From: an uncultured Methanosarcinales archaeon
GTDB lineage: Archaea > Nanobdellota > Nanobdellia > Woesearchaeales > CAYNLP01
NCBI GenBank assembly: GCA_964398115.1
Contig: CAYNLP010000004.1
Location: 44,909-64,908 of the forward strand
Length of the DNA: 20,000 nucleotides
Reading direction: 5' to 3'
Shown here: piece after piece, positions 1 to 9,249 of the stretch
Layout of the letters: each line of letters opens with the position of its first letter
Position numbering within the stretch: position 1 is the first letter of the stretch
Notes under the pieces: generated by a model
Databases searched by the model: none
What the model saw: only the letters and a program-made list of their open reading frames with translations
What the model was told of the DNA's origin: nothing
Program-made: the position numbers and the translations under genes

Positions 1-954
1 AGATTAGGTGAGCATGAGTTACAATTCTTTGATGAACCTCTTTCTGACGATAACGTTTCTGAGGCAGAAGATGCTGATGCAATAGCTATCTTCATATATT
101 CCGAAGCTAGTGAAGAAATACTTTCGCGATTTGAAAACTTGAAGCTTATCTCGACGATGAGTACAGGGTTTGACCATATAGATCTGGAGTATTGTAAGGA
201 AAATGAAATAACTGTTTGTAACGTACCAACTTATGGAGAAAATACCGTGGCAGAACACACTTTTGCATTGATACTTGCCCTGTCAAGAAAACTATATCCT
301 TCTATAGAAAGGACAAGAGAAGAACACACTTTCCAAACGGATAGAAGCTTAAGAGGATTCGATCTGAAAGATAAGACCTTGGGGATAATTGGCTGTGGAA
401 ATATCGGGCAGCACACGGCTAGGATGGCTAACGGTTTCGAAATGAATATCAAAGTTTTCGACGTTAACCAAAATCCTGAACTTGCTGAAAAAATAGGTTT
501 CGAATATGTAGATATGGATGAATTACTCTCAACATCCAACATTATAACTTTACACGTCCCCTTAAATAAACACACCTATCACATGATTGATGAAGAAGCT
601 ATAGAGAAGATGAAAGAAGGAGTTTACATAGTAAACACTTCACGAGGAGAGGTTATAGATACCAACGCTTTAGTAGAAGGTTTGCAAAATGGCGAAATAG
701 CTGGAGCGGGTTTGGACGTTTTGGAAGGTGAAGGAGAATTACAAGAAGAAGCTGCAGTTCTAAAACAAGAATACAAGGAAGAACACGACTTGAGAACTTT
801 ACTGCAAGATCATATGATGATGAAAATGGATAATGTTATTATCACACCTCATAACGCTTTCAACAGTCGAGAAGCGTTGATGAGGATTTTAAACACTACA
901 ATCGAAAATGTTCAGGGTTTCGATTCAGGTAACGTTGTAAATGAGGTGAGTTGA
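1..954 (+). CDS. D-isomer-specific 2-hydroxyacid dehydrogenase (D-lactate dehydrogenase-like), 5'-truncated by the window edge
   Basis: Frame 1 is open from base 1 (RLGEHELQFFDEPLS...), so the gene starts upstream of the window. Motifs: STGFDHID, NVPTYG, Rossmann GIIGCGNIG, LHVPL, NTSRG, LDVLEGE, TPHNAF. Confidence 0.9.
   Translation, partial: RLGEHELQFFDEPLSDDNVSEAEDADAIAIFIYSEASEEILSRFENLKLISTMSTGFDHIDLEYCKENEITVCNVPTYGENTVAEHTFALILALSRKLYPSIERTREEHTFQTDRSLRGFDLKDKTLGIIGCGNIGQHTARMANGFEMNIKVFDVNQNPELAEKIGFEYVDMDELLSTSNIITLHVPLNKHTYHMIDEEAIEKMKEGVYIVNTSRGEVIDTNALVEGLQNGEIAGAGLDVLEGEGELQEEAAVLKQEYKEEHDLRTLLQDHMMMKMDNVIITPHNAFNSREALMRILNTTIENVQGFDSGNVVNEVS
943..949 (+). promoter_or_regulatory. 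Shine-Dalgarno site for ppsA
   Basis: GAGGTGA lies 6 nt upstream of the TTG at 956, inside the last codons of the upstream gene. Confidence 0.75.
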
Positions 955-955
955 A

Positions 956-3352
956 TTGGATTTTGTACGCTGGTTTGACCAGCTTGGAATGGGAGACGTA
1001 GACCTTGTTGGTGGTAAAAACGCTAGCTTGGGTGAAATGTATCAAAACCTTACCGAGCGAGGAGTTAACATTCCTAACGGTTTTGCAATTACAGCCGACA
1101 CCTACTTTTACATCTTAGAACAAAACAACGCTAAAGATAAGATTAGAGAATTACTTGGTGATCTTGACACTTCTAACATGCATAACTTGCAGAAGAGAGG
1201 TCGTAAAGTACGAGCCTTGATTCGAAATATAGAATTTCCAAAAAGAGTTCGACAAGCAATAGTTGAAAATTATCAGAACTTGTGTGAAGCCTACAGCATG
1301 GATGAAGTAGACGTAGCCGTTAGAAGTAGCGCGACAGCGGAAGACTTACCTGATGCGAGTTTTGCCGGACAGCAAGAAACTTACCTTAATGTGAAGGGAG
1401 AACGGGAATTGTTAGAAGCGTGCAAGAAATGCTTTGCTTCACTCTTCACCAATAGAGCAATTAGTTATAGAGAAGATAAAGGTTTTAACCATTTCAACGT
1501 GGGACTTAGCGTTGGAGTGCAAAAAATGGTGAGATCGGATAAAGCAAGTAGCGGTGTTATGTTTAGTATTGATACTGAATCCGGATTTAGAGACGTCGTG
1601 TTCATAACCGGTGCGTGGGGATTGGGCGAAAACGTTGTGAAAGGAGCTGTAAATCCTGACGAATATTATGTGCATAAACCTACTTTGAAAGAAGGACACC
1701 GTCCTATCGTTAGTAAGAAATCTGGTAGTAAAGAGATAATGATGGTTTATGATTTGGACAGTAATCAAACCACTACTAAGGATAAGAAAGTGCCAAAAGA
1801 GATGAGAGAAAAACTTGTTTTGAATGATGAAGAAGTATTGCAACTTGCAGAGTGGGCGTGTGAAATTGAAGAATACTATAGTGAAGAAAGAGATAAGTTT
1901 ACTCCTATGGATATGGAGTGGGCTAAAGATGGAGAAACTGGTGAATTGTTTATAGTCCAAGCTCGACCTGAAACGGTGCACAGCCAAGAGGGTAATGTGG
2001 TTAAAAAATACCATTTGAATGAAGAAAGTGAAAAGATTACGATGGGGCAAAGCGTGGGGGAAAGAATTGGAAGTGGTAATGCGAAGGTGATTAAGGATCC
2101 TCAAGAGATTGACAAATTTGAGGAAGGAGAAGTTTTAGTTACGGATATGACGGATCCAGATTGGGAGCCTATAATGAAAATGGCTAGTGCGATTGTTACG
2201 AATAGAGGAGGACGCACTTGTCACGCGGCTATCATATCGAGAGAGTTAGGAATTCCCTGCATAGTTGGGACAGAAAACGGTACGAAAGTGATTGATTCCG
2301 GTAATGGGGTCACTATTGACTGCAGTCAAGGAGAAGAAGGAGTTGTGTGGAGAGGATTGCTTGATTTCGATGTTGAACAAATGGACTTAGGAGAAATTCC
2401 GTCTACAGAAACTGGTGTAATGGTAAATATTGGAAATCCTGAGCAAGCGTTTAAGTTTGGTCAGCTACCTCACGACGGGGTTGGACTTGCACGGGAAGAA
2501 TTCATAACTAGCAGTAATATTGGAGTCCACCCACTTGCTTTGTTAAATTATGACAGTTTAGAGTTTGAACTTCAAAAACAAATAGAAGAGAGGCTTGGAA
2601 GGTATGATGATAAAAAGCAGTTCTTTATAGAAGAACTCGCTCAAGGAATTGGGACAATCGCTGCTGCTTTCTATCCAGAGCCTGTAATTGTGAGGATGAG
2701 TGATTTCAAAAGTAATGAATATGCTGATTTGATAGGTGGTGAGTGTTTTGAACCCGATGAGGAAAACCCTATGCTTGGATGGAGAGGTGCTTCCAGATAC
2801 TACAGTGATGAATATAGTGAAGCTTTTAGTTTAGAGTGTGAAGCTTTTAAGAAAGTAATTAACGAGTTTGGTTTGGATAACGTCAAAGTTATGATTCCTT
2901 TTGTGAGAACGCCAGAGGAAGGAAGAAAGGTCATTCAGGAATTGGAAAGCAATGGTTTAAACAAGGATTTTGTTGACATCATCGCAATGTGTGAAATCCC
3001 AAGTAATATTTTGAGAGCTGAAGAATTTCTAGAAGTGTTTGATGGTTTTAGTATTGGCAGTAATGACTTGACTCAACTCATATTAGGTATTGATAGGGAT
3101 AGCGGTTTAGTTTCTGACATTAGTGATGAGCGAGACCCTGCTGTTTTGAAAATGATAACGGAAGTTATTGAAAAAGCGAGGAGTAAAGGCAAGTATATAG
3201 GTATTTGTGGTCAAGCACCAAGTGATTTTCCGTTTGACGAGTTCGGTAAACACTTGGTCGACTCAGGTATTTCTAGCATTAGTTTGAATCCTGACAAAGT
3301 GGTTGAAATGATTTACAAAATTGCTGATTATGAACGAGATAACTCAGATTAA
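956..3352 (+). CDS. ppsA: Phosphoenolpyruvate synthase (pyruvate, water dikinase), TTG start
   Basis: Motifs VGGKNASLGEM, VAVRSSATAEDLPDASFAGQQET, phospho-His GGRTCHAAIISRELGIP, ENPMLGWRG, FSIGSNDLTQ, GICGQAPS; 798 aa. Confidence 0.97.
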   Translation: MDFVRWFDQLGMGDVDLVGGKNASLGEMYQNLTERGVNIPNGFAITADTYFYILEQNNAKDKIRELLGDLDTSNMHNLQKRGRKVRALIRNIEFPKRVRQAIVENYQNLCEAYSMDEVDVAVRSSATAEDLPDASFAGQQETYLNVKGERELLEACKKCFASLFTNRAISYREDKGFNHFNVGLSVGVQKMVRSDKASSGVMFSIDTESGFRDVVFITGAWGLGENVVKGAVNPDEYYVHKPTLKEGHRPIVSKKSGSKEIMMVYDLDSNQTTTKDKKVPKEMREKLVLNDEEVLQLAEWACEIEEYYSEERDKFTPMDMEWAKDGETGELFIVQARPETVHSQEGNVVKKYHLNEESEKITMGQSVGERIGSGNAKVIKDPQEIDKFEEGEVLVTDMTDPDWEPIMKMASAIVTNRGGRTCHAAIISRELGIPCIVGTENGTKVIDSGNGVTIDCSQGEEGVVWRGLLDFDVEQMDLGEIPSTETGVMVNIGNPEQAFKFGQLPHDGVGLAREEFITSSNIGVHPLALLNYDSLEFELQKQIEERLGRYDDKKQFFIEELAQGIGTIAAAFYPEPVIVRMSDFKSNEYADLIGGECFEPDEENPMLGWRGASRYYSDEYSEAFSLECEAFKKVINEFGLDNVKVMIPFVRTPEEGRKVIQELESNGLNKDFVDIIAMCEIPSNILRAEEFLEVFDGFSIGSNDLTQLILGIDRDSGLVSDISDERDPAVLKMITEVIEKARSKGKYIGICGQAPSDFPFDEFGKHLVDSGISSISLNPDKVVEMIYKIADYERDNSD

Positions 3353-4625
3353 AGCTAGGGAAGTATTGGATTCTAGAGGATGCCCTACTGTTGAAGTAGA
3401 TGTTCATGTTGGAGATGTTATGGCTAGAGAAATGGTTCCTAGCGGTGCCAGCAAGGGGAGTCATGAAGCGTTAGAACTTCGAGATGGAGGCAAGAGATTT
3501 CACGGCTTAGGCGTGCAAAAAGCGGTTCGTAATGTGAACGAGTTTATAGCTCCGAAACTCATTGGAATGGATGTGACTGAGCAGAGAAAAATTGATCATA
3601 TGATGATTGAACTTGATGGTACGGAAAACAAGTCAAACCTTGGTGCTAATGCCATCATGGGTGTTAGCATTACGTGTGCTCGTGCGAGCGCACTTGTTCA
3701 AGAGAGGAATTTCTTTGAGCACTTTGCAGACATGGTTGATAATAAAGATTATATTATTCCTACTCCTTTCATGAATATAATTAATGGTGGTGAACACGCA
3801 GATAACAACTTGGATTTTCAGGAATACATGATTGTTCCTTGTGGGAATACTTTTAAGGAATCTCTATGTATAGCAGCTGAAGTTTATCATGAACTTCGTA
3901 GTTTGATTAAGGAAAGGTATGGCCCGTTCCAGGTTAACATTGGTGACGAGGGTGGTTTTTGTCCTAACTTGGAGAAGTATTATGAGCCTTTGGATTTAAT
4001 TATGGATGTTATTGACCGGCTTGGATACGATGGTAAGGTGAAGTTGGCTGTTGACGCCGCTGCTAATTATTTCTATGAACATGGCAAGTATGAATTTTAT
4101 AATGAGCGTCGTGACAAGGATGAAATGATGGAGATTTATGAAGAATTGATTGAAGATTATCCTTTGGTCAGTATTGAAGATCCTTTCCATGAAGATGACT
4201 TTGAAGCTTTTGCTGAGTTAACTGCAAAGTTTAAGGATGAGAGGGTTAACATCGTAGGTGATGACTTGTTGTGTACGAATGAAGAACGTATTCGTAAAGC
4301 TATTGATATGGATAGTTGCACGAATTTGTTGTTAAAAGTTAATCAAATCGGTACTGTTAGTGAAGCCGTAGATGCAGCATTGCTTGCATTGGAGAATGAT
4401 TGGGATGTTATGGTAAGTCACAGAAGTGGTGAAACAGAGGATCATTTCATTGCAGACTTTGCCGTTGGTTTAAGTACGGGTCAGATCAAGGCTGGTGCTC
4501 CCTCAAGGGGTGAGAGAACCGCTAAGTATAATCAGCTTTTGAGATTAGAGGAGAAACTGGGGGAGAATTGCAGGTATCCTGGAAGTTCTTGTATTAGAAG
4601 TTGTAACTTGCCGTACGACGAATAA
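3330..4625 (+). CDS. eno: Enolase
   Basis: Motifs AREVLDSRG, VPSGAS, GDEGGF, SIEDPF, VGDDL, LLLKVNQIG, VSHRSGETED, GQIKAG, RTAKYNQLLR. ATG 3330 (MNEITQI) fits the usual enolase N-terminus and overlaps the ppsA end by 23 nt. Confidence 0.97.
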   Translation: MNEITQIKAREVLDSRGCPTVEVDVHVGDVMAREMVPSGASKGSHEALELRDGGKRFHGLGVQKAVRNVNEFIAPKLIGMDVTEQRKIDHMMIELDGTENKSNLGANAIMGVSITCARASALVQERNFFEHFADMVDNKDYIIPTPFMNIINGGEHADNNLDFQEYMIVPCGNTFKESLCIAAEVYHELRSLIKERYGPFQVNIGDEGGFCPNLEKYYEPLDLIMDVIDRLGYDGKVKLAVDAAANYFYEHGKYEFYNERRDKDEMMEIYEELIEDYPLVSIEDPFHEDDFEAFAELTAKFKDERVNIVGDDLLCTNEERIRKAIDMDSCTNLLLKVNQIGTVSEAVDAALLALENDWDVMVSHRSGETEDHFIADFAVGLSTGQIKAGAPSRGERTAKYNQLLRLEEKLGENCRYPGSSCIRSCNLPYDE

Positions 4626-4659
4626 TTTTTTATACTTGATTGTTGTATCCTCTCTTGTT

Positions 4660-5301
4660 ATGGATGTTGAGAAAGTTTTAGCTGGGGTTTCTTACTTCAT
4701 CAGGTTGTCCTTGCTTATAGCTGTTGGCGTTTCCATATGGGAAGGTAAATGGATGACTTTCTTCATATCTGTAGTTGTATTCCTACTTACTTTCTTACCA
4801 GCCTGGATTGAGGATAACTATCTCATTTCTCTACCGTTAGAATTTGAGTTTGTAATTATATTTTTCATCTATGCAACTCTTTACTTGGGCGAGGTGCAAG
4901 AATTTTATTTCAGATTTTGGTGGTGGGATATCTTCCTACACGGGATTTCTGCACTCGTATTCGGATTTATAGGATTCTTAATAGTTTATACTTTAACCTC
5001 GGAGCAAGGTGTAAAAGTGGATTTAAGTCCTGAGTTTATTTTCTTGTTCAGCTTTGCTTTTGCTATAATGATTGGCGCGGTTTGGGAAATCTATGAATTT
5101 GCAATGGACGTCGGCTTTGGTTTAAACATGCAAAAGAGTGGTTTGGTAGATACCATGTGGGATTTAATCATCGATGCTGTGGGTGCTTTGATAGCTAGCC
5201 TTTCCGGTTACCTTTATGTGAAGGGTGGGGAGACTCACTGGTTTGAAGACTTAGTACAAAAGTTTGCGGAGAAGAATCCTGAAATGTTTGGAAAAGGTTA
5301 A
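4660..5301 (+). CDS. Multi-pass integral membrane protein (DUF2238/VanZ-like motifs)
   Basis: About 6 hydrophobic segments with polar motifs WWDIFLH, WEIYEF and DTMWDL. ATG 4660 lies about 25 nt after a TTTTTTATA element. Confidence 0.75.
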   Translation: MDVEKVLAGVSYFIRLSLLIAVGVSIWEGKWMTFFISVVVFLLTFLPAWIEDNYLISLPLEFEFVIIFFIYATLYLGEVQEFYFRFWWWDIFLHGISALVFGFIGFLIVYTLTSEQGVKVDLSPEFIFLFSFAFAIMIGAVWEIYEFAMDVGFGLNMQKSGLVDTMWDLIIDAVGALIASLSGYLYVKGGETHWFEDLVQKFAEKNPEMFGKG

Positions 5302-5329
5302 AAAGTGCTAATCGGATAAATATTTTTTT

Positions 5330-7084
5330 ATGAGGGATATTGAAGATTACTTTCTAATTGGTGACTTGCATACAGCAGCGCTTGTTTCTAATCAGGGTTC
5401 AATTGATTGGTTGTGCCTTCCTGACTTTGACAGTCCTAGTGTTTTTGCTAAATTATTAGATAATGGTGGTGGTTGCTTTAGTATACAAGATGATAGTGTG
5501 ATTTGTGGTTATGTTGATGACACGGCTATGGTAGAAACAGTTTTTGAAAATGAGGGAGGGAAATACGCTGTTACCGATTTTATGGTACCTCAAAGTGAGA
5601 GGGAGAGTGACACTCATATTTTGGTACGGAAGTTGAAACCTGTAGAGAACAATCCCCGCGTTGAGTTGGTTTATAGTCCTCAACCTGATTATGCTAGGAA
5701 AAAACCTGTTTTTCAGGTGAAGGATGATAGGGTTCATTTGGAGATGGAGGAGGGCGAATTATTACTACATTTGCCAGAGGGTTGTGAAGTGAGAGAAAAA
5801 GATAATTCTTTGGTTATTTCTCTAATTTTGCGGGAAGAGATAGTTTTTGGTTTGGAATACATCCATACTATCGCTAGTTATAAGAGGGAAGAGGATTATG
5901 AGGGAGTTACGGAAAGATTCTGGAGAGATTGGGTTGGGAAAGGAGACTTTTCTGATTTTGATAGAGATAAAGTTGTTCGTTCTGCTATCACTTTAAAGTT
6001 GATGCAACATCATGATACTGGTGGTATTGTTGCTGCTCCAACTACTAGTTTACCGGAAGATTTAGGTGGAGTGAGGAATTGGGACTATCGTTACGTTTGG
6101 ATTAGAGATGCTACTTTCATCCTTTACGCTTTTTACATTTTAGGTTATGAAGAGGAAGCTGAAAAATTCTTCGAGTTTATTGAAAGTGCAGCATTAGAGG
6201 GTGAGAATCTTGATTTGAATTTGATGTATGATATTAAAGGTGGGGAAGTGCCGGAAGAACGTGTTTTAAGTCATTTATCGGGTTATAAAGATTCATCTCC
6301 CGTAAGGATTGGTAATGGTGCGAAAGATCAATTTCAGCTTGACGTGTACGGTAGCTTAGTTGACGCTTATTATTTCATGCAGAAACGCGGCGTGGAAATT
6401 TCGGAGCGGGGAGTATCTTTTATCAAGAAGTTGGTTAGAAATATTAGGGAAAAGTGGTTGGATAAAGATAGCAGTATTTGGGAATTTCGTGATGAAAACC
6501 ATCACTATACTTATAGTAAGGTTATGGCTTGGGTCGGTGTCCACAGAGCTGTTCAAATGAGTGATAGGTTGGACATTTCTAAAGAGAGGTTGGAAGAATG
6601 GAAGACTCTGGAGAAGGTGATTAAAGATTGGGTTTGGAAAAATTGTTTTGATGGGGTGAGGCTAACGCAACATCCAGGCACGGATTTTCAAGATGCTACC
6701 AACTTTTTGTTTGTTTTACTTCATTTCTTACATAGGGATGATGAAAGAACTTCGCAAATAATTGATAAGACTTGTGAAGAATTGGTTGAAAACGAGGTAT
6801 TCGTGCATAGATACAAAGTTGATGATAATATTGAAGGGAAGCAAGGAGCTTTTGTTCTTTGTATTTACTGGATGATTGCGGCATTTGCTAGACTGGGTAG
6901 AGTTGAAGAGGCTAAAAGTGTATTTAAAAGGTTTGAAAGTTATATTCCAGACCATGGATTGATGTCAGAGGAGATTGAGGCTGAAACAGGAAAGTATAGA
7001 GGTAATTATCCCCAAGCTTTCAGCCATCTTGGACATATAATAAGTGCTTATTACCTTGAGAAGTACGGTGAGAAGTTTGGTTAA
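5330..7084 (+). CDS. Glycoside hydrolase family 15 (trehalase/glucoamylase-like), no signal peptide
   Basis: Motifs IGDLHTAALV, IDWLCLPDFDSPSVF, IVAAPTTSLPE, RNWDYRYVWIRDA, VRIGNGA, QLDVYG, IWEFR, SEEI and GNYPQAFSHLG. Confidence 0.92.
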   Translation: MRDIEDYFLIGDLHTAALVSNQGSIDWLCLPDFDSPSVFAKLLDNGGGCFSIQDDSVICGYVDDTAMVETVFENEGGKYAVTDFMVPQSERESDTHILVRKLKPVENNPRVELVYSPQPDYARKKPVFQVKDDRVHLEMEEGELLLHLPEGCEVREKDNSLVISLILREEIVFGLEYIHTIASYKREEDYEGVTERFWRDWVGKGDFSDFDRDKVVRSAITLKLMQHHDTGGIVAAPTTSLPEDLGGVRNWDYRYVWIRDATFILYAFYILGYEEEAEKFFEFIESAALEGENLDLNLMYDIKGGEVPEERVLSHLSGYKDSSPVRIGNGAKDQFQLDVYGSLVDAYYFMQKRGVEISERGVSFIKKLVRNIREKWLDKDSSIWEFRDENHHYTYSKVMAWVGVHRAVQMSDRLDISKERLEEWKTLEKVIKDWVWKNCFDGVRLTQHPGTDFQDATNFLFVLLHFLHRDDERTSQIIDKTCEELVENEVFVHRYKVDDNIEGKQGAFVLCIYWMIAAFARLGRVEEAKSVFKRFESYIPDHGLMSEEIEAETGKYRGNYPQAFSHLGHIISAYYLEKYGEKFG

Positions 7085-7134
7085 CGCAAGTTTTATAAAC
7101 ACTTGAGAAATCTGATTTGAATAAGTGATTAACG

Positions 7135-7836
7135 ATGGATGTCGCGATTTTATACAGTGGTGGGAAAGATTCCACGTACGCTATAGATTACGCATTGGAG
7201 AAAAACTGGAATATTGAATACTTACTGTCTGTAAAGCCTACTAGGACTGATTGTTTCTTATTCCATTATGCGACGGTTGAGAACACGCCTGTAATGGCTG
7301 ATCAGCTTGGCTTGGATCACTACCTGCTTGAGTGTGATGTTGCAGATCCAGAGCAAGAAGCTGAGATTGTGAAAGATTTTGTTGAGGAACACCCGGTTGA
7401 CGCTGTAGTTTTGGGTGGTACTGGTTTGCAAGAGACACAGTTGAAGAGTGTGCAAGAAGCTTTGAGACCTTTGAATATTGAGGTTTTCGCTGCACACGCT
7501 GGCTACGATCATGACTTGATCATTGAGGATATGATTGAAGACGGCTATGAATTTATGATTACTCAGATTGCTAGTGATGGATTAGATGAGGATTGGCTTG
7601 GTACTGTTTTGAACAAGGAGAATTTCAAAGAGTTGAAGAAGAGGGCTGTTAATTATGGTTTCCATATCGGTGGCGAAGGTGGCTACTTTGATACGTTTGT
7701 CTTGGATGGTCCGATTTTTGAAGAAAAGGTTAGTGTTGAGAAATTAACTAAGAATATGGAAAGTGAAAACGTGGGTCATGTAGTGATTGATAAGTTGAAA
7801 GTTGGTCAGAAAGTGGTCACTCCGAGCCGCTCATAA
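7135..7836 (+). CDS. dph6: Diphthine--ammonia ligase (MJ0570/Dph6 family)
   Basis: PP-loop LYSGGKDS and C-terminal GEGGYFDTFVLDGPIF; 233 aa. Confidence 0.85.
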   Translation: MDVAILYSGGKDSTYAIDYALEKNWNIEYLLSVKPTRTDCFLFHYATVENTPVMADQLGLDHYLLECDVADPEQEAEIVKDFVEEHPVDAVVLGGTGLQETQLKSVQEALRPLNIEVFAAHAGYDHDLIIEDMIEDGYEFMITQIASDGLDEDWLGTVLNKENFKELKKRAVNYGFHIGGEGGYFDTFVLDGPIFEEKVSVEKLTKNMESENVGHVVIDKLKVGQKVVTPSRS

Positions 7837-8779
7837 TGCTTATCCTGTTTAGGTCGTAGATTTTATCTATTAATTCGATTGTTTTGTCTGTTAGGCGTCT
7901 TACTACTTTCCCGTCGTATTCTTCTTTGAAGTTTTCGCATTGGTTGAAGAGTTTGTGCCTGTTCGCCGCGACTTCGTATTTGGTTTCTTTGTTGCCTGTG
8001 TAGTATCCGCGCATCGTTTTTTTGTAATCATCTATGATTCTTTCTATTATATTTCCGAAGTCTTTCATAGCTTCTCGATCTTCACATTTTGCAACCATCC
8101 TTGCCACTCTTTTTACTAAGTCTCCGATGTTTTCTAGGAAGAAGTTGAATCCCCACAGGCCGAGCATGTCTTGTGCGAGGACGCCTTGTTTGCTTCGGCC
8201 GTGGGAGATGTTTCTGTTAAGGGCGCGGAATATTAGAAATGTCATTTTGTTCACGTCGTCATCTCTTTGAGTGATGTGATCGCTTATCTCTACTGCTTCT
8301 ATCACAGGCTTTTGTGTGATTTCTTTCAGGTCTTCAAACATGCTTGTGACTATGTGATCTGTTTTTCTTAATATGCTTTTCATATCAACTTCGTCAGTGT
8401 TTAAGAAAGATTTTACTACTATGCTTTTTGTGTTTTGTTCTACGATTTCCATTGCTACGAGTCTTTCTAGGACTTCTTTGATTTGTTGTGTTTTTCCTGC
8501 TAGGTTTTCTCCTTGTATTCTTATGGTGTCGGCGTTGTTTACGTAGGCGCTGTCTATTTTTCTTTTTATGAGTTCTAGTCCGTGGCCGTCTACGTTGATG
8601 GTTTTTTCTACTTTTTGTTTTTTAGAACCTACTTCTTGTGGGTGTAAGGTGATGTCTGATCCGTTCACGTCTAGATATACTGTGTCTCCTTTTTCTAGGC
8701 CCTGGTCTTCTAGCCAGTCTTTCGGTAATGAAACAACGTAGCTGGAGTTTCCAAAGCTGATTAGTTTACGATACTCCAT
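7817..8779 (-). CDS. Archaeal AbrB/MazE DNA-binding domain + PhoU-like regulator
   Basis: N-terminus RKLISFGNSSYVVSLPKDW...GLEKGD is typical of this family; PhoU-like RDDDVNK and LENIGD follow. SD GGGGGT upstream (+ strand ACCCCC, 8785-8790). Confidence 0.85.
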   Translation of the reverse strand: MEYRKLISFGNSSYVVSLPKDWLEDQGLEKGDTVYLDVNGSDITLHPQEVGSKKQKVEKTINVDGHGLELIKRKIDSAYVNNADTIRIQGENLAGKTQQIKEVLERLVAMEIVEQNTKSIVVKSFLNTDEVDMKSILRKTDHIVTSMFEDLKEITQKPVIEAVEISDHITQRDDDVNKMTFLIFRALNRNISHGRSKQGVLAQDMLGLWGFNFFLENIGDLVKRVARMVAKCEDREAMKDFGNIIERIIDDYKKTMRGYYTGNKETKYEVAANRHKLFNQCENFKEEYDGKVVRRLTDKTIELIDKIYDLNRISIMSGSE

Positions 8780-8794
8780 GTTTTACCCCCTATT

Positions 8795-8911
8795 TGTATC
8801 CAGCTAAAACTGGAAACATCATACTTTGTATTATGTTGTTAATCTTTTATATATTTGCCTCAAATAAAAAATATATTATATATACCAAGTTTTGTATATA
8901 ATGTTTATACA
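8795..8911. promoter_or_regulatory. AT-rich divergent control region with several inverted repeats and a minus-strand TATA box
   Basis: Dyads: TGTATCCAG-CTAAAA-CTGGAAACA (8795-8818), AACATCATAC-TTT-GTATTATGTT (8815-8837), TATATAC-N8-GTATATA (8879-8900), TGTATA-N7-TATACA (8893-8911). Minus-strand TATATAAAAG near 8844-8853. Confidence 0.6.
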
Positions 8912-8920
8912 TTTTAAGCC

Positions 8921-8933
8921 TAACTTATTTAAC
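8921..8933 (+). promoter_or_regulatory. Putative BRE/TATA promoter for the small-ORF pair
   Basis: TAACTTATTTAA (8921-8932) is identical to the 12-mer upstream of rps7 (17188-17199). Confidence 0.6.
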
Positions 8934-8977
8934 TTTAAGGAAAGTATTTCTATTAGTACTCATGGGGGTGAATGGGT

Positions 8978-9109
8978 ATGCGAAAAAGACAAATTTTAGA
9001 GTCAAGAGACAGCGACGCGATAGACAACGCAGAAGCTGGATTTGAAATGGGATACAACGGCTACTTCGACATTGACGAAGGAGCAGAACTCGCAGAGGAG
9101 GAAGTATGA
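8978..9109 (+). CDS. Small acidic hypothetical protein, 43 aa (MRKRQILESRDSDAIDNAEAGFEMGYNGYFDIDEGAELAEEEV)
   Basis: Manually translated; absent from the ORF track. Strong SD GGGGGTGA at 8964-8971; codon style matches the start of gyrB. Alternative start at 8972. Confidence 0.75.
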   Translation: MRKRQILESRDSDAIDNAEAGFEMGYNGYFDIDEGAELAEEEV

Positions 9110-9249
9110 TGACAATTGAAGAAGAGATTGAAATGGACCTAGTTGAAGACGAATTAGACTACCTTGAAAACGAATCATTAGCGCACCAAGGAATTGATTT
9201 GAAAGAAGAACTTTTCATCAAAAAGCGCTTGGCAAAAGCCCAAGGATAA
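9106..9249 (+). CDS. Small acidic hypothetical protein, 47 aa (MMTIEEEIEMDLVEDELDYLENESLAHQGIDLKEELFIKKRLAKAQG)
   Basis: Manually translated. SD GAGGAGG at 9095-9101; ATGA overlap with the stop of the preceding ORF. Alternative start at 9109. Confidence 0.75.
   Translation: MMTIEEEIEMDLVEDELDYLENESLAHQGIDLKEELFIKKRLAKAQG

Noticed and set aside
1439..2104. 221-aa antisense ORF within ppsA
   Set aside because: Phe/His/Ile-rich shadow frame of a highly conserved gene.
3321..4659. TTG starts at 3321 (eno) and 4636 (membrane protein)
   Set aside because: Downstream ATGs at 3330 and 4660 fit family N-termini and TATA spacing better.
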